Of a stretch of 54,317 bases of DNA, positions 18,215 to 24,806 are shown one piece after another. The notes beneath the pieces are model-generated. The model did not search any database. It saw only the letters and a list, made by a program, of their open reading frames with translations, and was not told where the DNA came from. The translations under genes were made by a program, and so were the position numbers. The DNA comes from a virus. The stretch is from positions 1-54,317 of IMG/VR virus record IMGVR_UViG_3300045391_001808; one strand, given 5' to 3'. Positions within the stretch are counted from its first letter, which is position 1. Every line of letters starts with the position of its first letter.

Positions 18215-18292
18215 CTCTGGGCTGTTACGGTTACTGGGTTGGCGTGGCACACATCAGTCCAGAGAGGCGTTCAACTCGTCTCCAGCCCACTT

Positions 18293-18367
18293 GGTGCACT
18301 CGTCTAACGGTAGGACGCTGCCCGGTACGTAGAGGCAGAAATGAGGGTTCGACTCCCTCATGCACCG
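18293..18367 (+). tRNA. tRNA-like element with non-canonical anticodon loop
   Basis: Acceptor ggtgca/tgcacc pairs 6 of 7. The D arm is gtct-AACGGTA-ggac. The T arm is gaggg-TTCGACT-ccctc. The anticodon stem ctgcc/ggcag is 5 bp but encloses 11 nt (cggtacgtaga). No CCA is encoded. Confidence 0.4.
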
Positions 18368-18409
18368 CTTTCTTGTGACGGACCCGACGACTCTCCAATC
18401 AGAGCCAAG

Positions 18410-21259
18410 ATGCCAGGACCGGCAATCAACGTACTAGCAGAACTCGAGCGCTGCGGCGTGAGGTACGACTGGGCTGGTGCCGACGAGGTGCGGGTGCTGT
18501 GCCCGTTCCACGACGACTCCACTCCCACTTGCCACATCAACGTAGCCAAGCGAGTCTTTCACTGCCCGGCTGCAGGCTGTGGCGAGGCGGGTGATGTAGT
18601 CACGTATCTGGCCCGCCTACTCAAGACCACCCGTCAAGTACTGCTGGTCGACTTGAGCAAGCGGTACAAGCTCGACGCCGACAAGGTCATCGACGCGGCA
18701 CTCGTCGAGCGGTACCACGCCGGGATATGGAAGGCCGAGCCGCTGCTGGCAGAGCTCAGGAAGCGCGGCGTCGACGACGACCTCGTGAGGAAGTACCGGC
18801 TCGGTGTCGACGACGGCCGCATCACCATACCAATCACGAACGAGGGCGGCCTGGTAGTCAACGTGCGTCGCTACCTGCCGGGCGCCCCTGGCTCGCAGAA
18901 GATGAAGAACAGCCGCGGCCATGGCGCCATCAGGCTGTGGCCGCTCGACCAGCTCAAGTACGACAGCGTGGTGGTGTGCGGTGGCGAGATGAAGGCCATC
19001 GTCGCAGCACGGGAGCTCAACCCGCACGGCGTAGGCGCGGTGACTACTACTGGTGGCGAGGGCAACTGGGAGCCAGCCTTCAACCAGCACTTCAAGGACA
19101 AGCGGGTGTGGGTCTGTCTGGACGTCGACGAGGAGGGCCAGATAGCCGCACGAGACCGCTGCAACGTGCTGTACAGGTTCGCTGAGTGGGTGGGCAACGT
19201 CGTGCTGCCACTCGACCACGATAAGTACCCACACGGGGACATCAACGACTTCGTGGCTCTCGAGCATGGATCGTTATGGCCCTTGCTCGAGAGCTGCCCA
19301 GGCTGGGAGCTCCTCACTCGTGACACACAGCTCGACGACTCCGAGCCCGAGGACGTCGACCTCACCTCAGCAATGGCGGCGAGGTTCGTAGGCAAGCGGG
19401 TCAAGCTGCGAGCAGTCGTCGCGGCTATGGACACAGCGCCGTACGTCGTGCCTAAGAAGGCCGTCGTCAACTGCACACGAGACCAGAAGGCACTGTGCAG
19501 CGTGTGCCCCGTGTTCGGCACGGAGGACGGCAGCACGGTCGACGTGCATCCCGAGAGTGCCTCGGTGATCGACATGGTAGGCACACCGCGTGGCGTGCAG
19601 CGTGAGGCACTGATGTTGGCAGCTGGCATACCGCTGGCCTGCAAGGTAGCAGGGTTCGAGCCGACAGAATACTACAACGTCGAGGACGTGCGGGTATCGC
19701 CACAGCTGGAGATAACGAACCGCAGCGTCGAGCGTGTGATGCAGCCGGCGATGTGCATCGGCATGAGCATGGAGCTCAACGAGGGCTACGAGCTGACGGG
19801 CAGGATGTACCCGCACCCTAAGACGCAGCAGACGACGCTACTCATAAGCAAGTACTCGCCGGTGCAGGACGCCCTGTCTACGTACGAGCCACGCGACCTG
19901 GAACGACTGCGGGCGTTCCAGCCGGACGAGTGGACTGAGGAAGGGATCGAGGCGAGGCTGGGCAGTATCTATACTGACTTCGAGGCCAACGTCACTCGCA
20001 TCTACCAACGGCGCGACCTACACCTCATGATAGACCTCGCCTATCACAGCCCGCTGCTGCTCCACTTCGACGGCAAGACTATGAAGGGCTGGGTGGAAGT
20101 GCTCGTCGTGGGCGACAGCGCCCAGGGCAAGACGGAGACTGCCGTCGGGATGATGCACCACTACGGGCTCGGGACGAAGGCCGAGTGTAAGAATGCCTCC
20201 GTCGCCGGTCTCCTGGGCGGCCTGCAGCAGATGGGACAGAGGTGGTTCGTCACGTGGGGCGTGCTGCCCACACACGACAAGCGGCTCGTAATACTCGAGG
20301 AGCTCAAGGGTGCCAGCGTCGAGGTGATCGCGAAGCTGACCGACATGAGGTCGTCTGGCATAGCAGAGATTGACAAGATCGAGAAGAAGCGCACTCACGC
20401 CCGCACCCGGATCGTCGCCCTAAGCAACCCGCGGTCCGACAGGCAGATGGCGACGTACAACTTCGGCATAGAGGCGGTGAAGGAGCTCATCGGCAACCTG
20501 GAGGACGTGCGACGGTTCGACGCAGCCCTGGTCGTGTCGTCATCAGAAGTCGACCCCGCGGTGCTCAACACACTCCGCAGTAGCAGGCCGCACGTGCCGC
20601 ACCAGTACACGTCAGAGCTGTGTCGCAGTCTGGTACTCTGGGCGTGGACGAGGACGCAGGACGAGGTACTGTTCGAGCCCGAGGCCACCGACATGGTGAT
20701 GCGAGAGTCCACGCGACTGTGCGACCAGTTCACCGACGCGCTGCCACTCGTGGACCGCGGGTCGATGCGCAACAAGCTCGCCCGACTGTCGGCGTCGCTG
20801 GCCTGCCGCACATTCAGCACAACAGAGGGTGACCTCACACGAGTAGCCGTGCGCCAGGCTCACGTCATGTACGCCTCACACTGGCTCAGTCGAGTCTACA
20901 ACTCAGCACACTTCGGCTACGCCGACTACACGGCTGCTACACGACTCACGCAGTGCCTCGTGGACGAGCAGCTGGTCCTGGATCGCGTCAACGAACTGCC
21001 GTGGCCGACTGACTTCGCCAAGCAGTGCCTACACACCACGAAGATCGACCTTACTGACATACAGGACTGGTGCGGTTGGGACAGGTCAGAGTCGATGGAC
21101 CTGCTCAGCTTCTTGGTGAGGAAGCACGCGTTCGTTCGCGACGGCAGGTCGTACAGGAAGACACCGCCCTTCATCAAGTTGCTGCGTCTGGCAACTGAGA
21201 GCGGCAAGTTGACAGACAGGCCGCAGTTCGTACGCGAGCCTAGAAAGCAGGAGTTCTGA
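18410..21259 (+). CDS. DNA primase (zf-CHC2 + TOPRIM) fused to an MCM-like AAA+ helicase domain
   Basis: zf-CHC2 is CPFHDDSTPTCHINVAKRVFHCPAAGCGEAGDV. TOPRIM is VVCGGEMKAIVAA...VWVCLDVDEEGQIAA. The C-terminus LVVGDSAQGKTE...ASVAGLLGG...RLVILEELKG...MRSSGIAEIDKIEKK...ARTRIVALSNP parallels MCM Walker A/B and the sensor region. ATG 18410 is chosen because ATG 18341 lies inside the tRNA-like element. Confidence 0.8.
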   Translation: MPGPAINVLAELERCGVRYDWAGADEVRVLCPFHDDSTPTCHINVAKRVFHCPAAGCGEAGDVVTYLARLLKTTRQVLLVDLSKRYKLDADKVIDAALVERYHAGIWKAEPLLAELRKRGVDDDLVRKYRLGVDDGRITIPITNEGGLVVNVRRYLPGAPGSQKMKNSRGHGAIRLWPLDQLKYDSVVVCGGEMKAIVAARELNPHGVGAVTTTGGEGNWEPAFNQHFKDKRVWVCLDVDEEGQIAARDRCNVLYRFAEWVGNVVLPLDHDKYPHGDINDFVALEHGSLWPLLESCPGWELLTRDTQLDDSEPEDVDLTSAMAARFVGKRVKLRAVVAAMDTAPYVVPKKAVVNCTRDQKALCSVCPVFGTEDGSTVDVHPESASVIDMVGTPRGVQREALMLAAGIPLACKVAGFEPTEYYNVEDVRVSPQLEITNRSVERVMQPAMCIGMSMELNEGYELTGRMYPHPKTQQTTLLISKYSPVQDALSTYEPRDLERLRAFQPDEWTEEGIEARLGSIYTDFEANVTRIYQRRDLHLMIDLAYHSPLLLHFDGKTMKGWVEVLVVGDSAQGKTETAVGMMHHYGLGTKAECKNASVAGLLGGLQQMGQRWFVTWGVLPTHDKRLVILEELKGASVEVIAKLTDMRSSGIAEIDKIEKKRTHARTRIVALSNPRSDRQMATYNFGIEAVKELIGNLEDVRRFDAALVVSSSEVDPAVLNTLRSSRPHVPHQYTSELCRSLVLWAWTRTQDEVLFEPEATDMVMRESTRLCDQFTDALPLVDRGSMRNKLARLSASLACRTFSTTEGDLTRVAVRQAHVMYASHWLSRVYNSAHFGYADYTAATRLTQCLVDEQLVLDRVNELPWPTDFAKQCLHTTKIDLTDIQDWCGWDRSESMDLLSFLVRKHAFVRDGRSYRKTPPFIKLLRLATESGKLTDRPQFVREPRKQEF

Positions 21260-21260
21260 C

Positions 21261-21863
21261 ATGAGAGAAGTACTGATGGTAGCAGAGTTCCACGAGAAGC
21301 TCGGCATCTCTCCCAGACAGCGGATGAGGTACAAGCCGTCGCAGATGCTGCTACAGTTCTCGCACGCGATCCACACAATGGCGCACGAGCTGGAACGCCG
21401 CGTGAATGACCCGGACGCGCGCTACCTTCGCGCCCACCTCGACCTAGAGGAGACGGCAGAGTTCGTCCACGCACTCGCGTGCGGGGACGAAGTCGCGGCA
21501 CTGGACGCGATGGCTGACAAGCTGTACATACTGTGCGGCCACGCCGACGTGTTCGACTTGCCGCTGGGCGCTGCGTTCGACGAGGTCCACCGGAGCAACA
21601 TGACGAAGAAGAAGCAGCCCGCAGACCCGAGTGCTGCTCGCGTGCGGCAGAAGGGGCCCAACTACTCGCCACCCGACCTGCGACGAGTACTACAGGAGCA
21701 TCGAGACGGCAGCCGCTGCAGCTGCGACTGGGACAAGATCCGACAGCTGGTACAGCTCATGCAGCACAGCCCGGAGATGAAGGAAGACATGCTGCACTAC
21801 GTAGACGCAGCACTCAAGCACGGAAAGACTCGTATGGAGACTCTAGGATGTACGACGCAGTAG
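21261..21863 (+). CDS. MazG-like all-alpha nucleoside triphosphate pyrophosphohydrolase
   Basis: LDLEETAEFVHAL...ALDAMADKLYILCGHA...AFDEVHRSNMTK matches the MazG-like NTP-PPase pattern. Confidence 0.7.
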   Translation: MREVLMVAEFHEKLGISPRQRMRYKPSQMLLQFSHAIHTMAHELERRVNDPDARYLRAHLDLEETAEFVHALACGDEVAALDAMADKLYILCGHADVFDLPLGAAFDEVHRSNMTKKKQPADPSAARVRQKGPNYSPPDLRRVLQEHRDGSRCSCDWDKIRQLVQLMQHSPEMKEDMLHYVDAALKHGKTRMETLGCTTQ

Positions 21864-23074
21864 GAATTCACGTATTCGCGGGCGGGTTCACAATGGGCGT
21901 TAAGAAGGTCATGAACTGTGAGACCCAGCTCGAGAAGCACGGCTTCGGTATCGAGACGGCCGAGGAAGTTGCCAAGGTGCAGGTGATCAACGGCGAGTGG
22001 CCAGACGTACCAGCGCAGATGGCGTTCGGCAACCCTCGCTGCACCGGGTTCAGCACGATCACGTCGGGCTACGACGAGACGGCACACGGGCCGTGGTCGA
22101 AGCAGACGTGTGACATACACGAGCTGTGCTCGTACGCGGCGGGCAAGTACGACATCGTGATATGGGAGTCAGTGCAGCAGGCTTACACGACCGGCAAGCC
22201 GCTGCTCGACTACCTGATCTCGGAGTACTTCGCGCCGCGAAACTACCGCGTGGCTCACGTGTTCATCAACGCCGCGTCGTTCAGCAACGCGCAGCAGAGG
22301 AAGCGATACTTCTTCGTAGCGTACCGCGACGACAGGAACTTCAACATCACGCCGCCAGTGATCGACCCGTACTATGCCACACTATATGACGCCATCTGGG
22401 AGGACAGGAACAGGGAAACTCGTGAGGTGAGGTTCTCTGCCAGCGACGAGTACGACCGAGACTGCTACATCAAGCTGACCGACAACGAGAAGGCGTGCGT
22501 GCCGTACCTGCCCACGGGCTGGGGGCTCAACACGCTTGCTCGGTTCAGGTACCAGTTCCTACCCGACAAGATGAAGTACGTCTGGGACACGAGAGTGAGC
22601 GACATGCCGTTCAGCCTGCACTGCATATCGAGGACGAACTGGCTACGGCCATGCCCGACCCTGCACTCCTCGGCCACGCGCTACATCCACCCGACGCACG
22701 ACCGACCGCTGACCGTCGGAGAGCTGGCAGCAGTCATGGGATGGGACGACATACCGCGTGGCAGGATGCCGGTGCCGCAGCTGGCCAAGGGTGTGGTGCC
22801 TGCTGTCGGCGAGTGGCTGGCACAGCAGGCAGCGGACTACCTGGACGGCAAGTGGGCCGGTGACGACTGGGAATCGTCGTACGACCCACACGACTGCGAG
22901 TGGAAGGGCAGGAGCGTGAACGGCGCCCGCGAGAAGGTCTTCGACCTGACCCGCTACGTGGGCTCACAATTCGACAGGTCGCGATACGAGGTGACGGATG
23001 ATGAACTATTCGACCATAGATACGGCCTGGGCAGAGACCATTCGAAGCCTGCTCGTCGAAGCCTCCCGACCTAG
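21848..23074 (+). CDS. DNA (cytosine-5) methyltransferase-fold protein
   Basis: Motif I IHVFAGGFTMG, motif IV FGNPRCTGFS, motif VI WESV, motif VIII QQRKRYFFVAY, motif IX RPLTVGELAAVMGW and a variant motif X KGVVPAV are present. Start ATG 21848 (the ORF opens at 21533 with Arg-rich junk). Confidence 0.75.
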   Translation: MYDAVGIHVFAGGFTMGVKKVMNCETQLEKHGFGIETAEEVAKVQVINGEWPDVPAQMAFGNPRCTGFSTITSGYDETAHGPWSKQTCDIHELCSYAAGKYDIVIWESVQQAYTTGKPLLDYLISEYFAPRNYRVAHVFINAASFSNAQQRKRYFFVAYRDDRNFNITPPVIDPYYATLYDAIWEDRNRETREVRFSASDEYDRDCYIKLTDNEKACVPYLPTGWGLNTLARFRYQFLPDKMKYVWDTRVSDMPFSLHCISRTNWLRPCPTLHSSATRYIHPTHDRPLTVGELAAVMGWDDIPRGRMPVPQLAKGVVPAVGEWLAQQAADYLDGKWAGDDWESSYDPHDCEWKGRSVNGAREKVFDLTRYVGSQFDRSRYEVTDDELFDHRYGLGRDHSKPARRSLPT

Positions 23075-23984
23075 CGAGCGTGGTGACATGCGCGAGGTCG
23101 TCGGCTACTCGTTCTCGCTGATGGGAGACAGGACGTTCCTGTGCAACGAGCGGCGGGCGTTGTCGCCGACGTATGCCGCTGCAGAGACGCTGTGGTACCT
23201 CGGGCGCGGTGGGAGCGTGGAGATGATGAAGGCCTACGCGGCCCAGTACGTGAACTACACGGAGAGCGACGGCACGGTGTATGGCGCTTACGGTGCGAGA
23301 ATAGCTAGGAACTTGTACGAGACTACAGACGGTGTGGTCGAAGACGACCTCCTTGACCTCGCCGTAGAGCAGCTGCGGCACCGGCCCGACACGAGACAGT
23401 GTGTCGTCTCGCTGTGGCGGCCCGACGACATCAGCGTGGTCGCGAAGGACCGGCCCTGCACGCTGTCGTGGCAGTTCTTAAGACGGGACGGGTACCTGCA
23501 CATGGTGGTGAACATGCGGAGCAACGACGCGTGGCTCGGGTTGCCGTACGACGTGTTCGCGTTCACGTGCGTGCAGCGCCTGGTCGCTGACACCCTGAGG
23601 CTCGACGTCGGTAAGTACGTTCACAACGTCGGCAGCATGCACCTCTACGAGAAACACGTGCCACAGGCAAGACAGGCCCTGGACTACGAGCACGCTGGAA
23701 GACAGCACCTGTGGCAGATACCCAGCCGCATGGAAGAAGTGCCGCAAGCTATTGAGGCAGAGAGCAAAGTTAGGCATACAGGATGCGAGAGAGCTCTCTT
23801 CACTGGCGACATGCTGCGAGATCTATACTACTGCTGCGCCGACAAGTGGGTGAGCGGCCTGCGACAGTACTTACAATCACCCGCGCTAAGACACATGATG
23901 GAGGTTCACGATGCTCGTAATCGAGGGCGGAGACCTAGTGGGGAAGACGACGCTGGCAAAGAAGCTGGTAGCACGACTGGCTGA
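22998..23984 (+). CDS. ThyA-family pyrimidine C5 transferase, predicted dCMP-specific (hydroxymethylase or methylase)
   Basis: The catalytic Cys is in DRPCTLSWQF (codon 23457-23459). MRSNDAWLGLPYD carries Asp (23550-23552) where thymidylate synthase has Asn (LGLPFN). GSMHLYEKH is also present. Confidence 0.7.
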   Translation: MMNYSTIDTAWAETIRSLLVEASRPSERGDMREVVGYSFSLMGDRTFLCNERRALSPTYAAAETLWYLGRGGSVEMMKAYAAQYVNYTESDGTVYGAYGARIARNLYETTDGVVEDDLLDLAVEQLRHRPDTRQCVVSLWRPDDISVVAKDRPCTLSWQFLRRDGYLHMVVNMRSNDAWLGLPYDVFAFTCVQRLVADTLRLDVGKYVHNVGSMHLYEKHVPQARQALDYEHAGRQHLWQIPSRMEEVPQAIEAESKVRHTGCERALFTGDMLRDLYYCCADKWVSGLRQYLQSPALRHMMEVHDARNRGRRPSGEDDAGKEAGSTTG

Positions 23985-24507
23985 CGAGGGCTACGTCTAC
24001 AAGCACTTCTCGCGACTGCCTGACAAGTTCGACAGGTTCTGGGGCTACGTCGAGAACGCTGTGACGCGCTCGGTGCAGGACCGCTTCCACATGTCAGAAG
24101 TCATGTACAGCGAGATGCGTGGTGACGACACCATGCTGTGCCCGCAGCGGTACCGCATGGTAGACGGCCACCTGCGTACACGAGGCGCGCTCACAGTGAT
24201 CGTCACGTGTGACGAGCGACTGCTGGCGAGTCGGGCACCACACGAAGACGAGATGTACGGCCGAGACCAGATACTGGCAGTGAATAGCATGTTCGAGCGG
24301 GTCGTCCAGGAGCGAGGCCAGTTCTCGCATCACGTTCACGGGCTCTACCACATGGACTTCGACGTGGCAGTAGAGTGCGACGACAGCAAGCCGTACCCCG
24401 ACGACTACGACGTGGATCACATCATCACATCTTACAGCAGGAGACTAGCGACATGGCAGAGAGTAATGTCACAGGAACAGTACTCGCGACGATTACCAAC
24501 TGTATAA
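23911..24507 (+). CDS. P-loop (d)NMP kinase, thymidylate-kinase-like
   Basis: MLVIEGGDLVGKTTLAKKL resembles the Tmk EGxDGxGKTT P-loop. GGAGG lies upstream of ATG 23911. Confidence 0.65.
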   Translation: MLVIEGGDLVGKTTLAKKLVARLADEGYVYKHFSRLPDKFDRFWGYVENAVTRSVQDRFHMSEVMYSEMRGDDTMLCPQRYRMVDGHLRTRGALTVIVTCDERLLASRAPHEDEMYGRDQILAVNSMFERVVQERGQFSHHVHGLYHMDFDVAVECDDSKPYPDDYDVDHIITSYSRRLATWQRVMSQEQYSRRLPTV

Positions 24508-24806
24508 AGAAGCACGACCTCAAGCCAGACCACCACCAGATGTACCGACTGGTGGAGTGCCTGGAGAAGGACGGCACGTCGCGAGCGCTGAGAGCTCGTG
24601 ACACGTTACTAGCACTGATGTCTCGGTCGTTCATGCCAGCCGCGTCGTGGTTCATCGGTCCGGGCCTTCGAGATCTAGGAGTGGAGATAGATGCTGACGT
24701 TCGACAACGGCGGAAGACTGATAACTCGCGAAGACGAGCTGCCACCCGTGCCGGAAAGAATCGAGCGGCTGTACCTCGACTTCGAGACGAGAAGCGGCGA
24801 TCCTAA
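24453..24806 (+). CDS. hypothetical protein
   Basis: 117 aa from ATG 24453 (GGAG upstream). The 3' part overlaps the polymerase start by 116 nt, so the true extent is uncertain. Confidence 0.35.
   Translation: MAESNVTGTVLATITNCIKKHDLKPDHHQMYRLVECLEKDGTSRALRARDTLLALMSRSFMPAASWFIGPGLRDLGVEIDADVRQRRKTDNSRRRAATRAGKNRAAVPRLRDEKRRS

Noticed and set aside
18219-18289. A second genuine tRNA gene upstream of the tRNA-like element.
   Set aside because: Only an acceptor-like stem and a T-arm-like hairpin can be drawn. No acceptable D arm or anticodon stem exists. I report it only as a possible degenerate copy.
18341-18409. Upstream ATG (18341) offered by the ORF track as the start of the primase/helicase.
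   Set aside because: This ATG lies inside the T-arm region of the tRNA-like element. The zinc-finger domain begins right after ATG 18410.
21533-21847. N-terminal extensions of ORF-track entries (21533, 10270, 12243, 33516, 38156, 40382, 47759, 49267, 50255 and others).
   Set aside because: The extensions overlap the preceding genes in another frame, are Arg/Pro/Gly-rich, and precede internal starts that have good SD spacing or ATGA/TGATG coupling.
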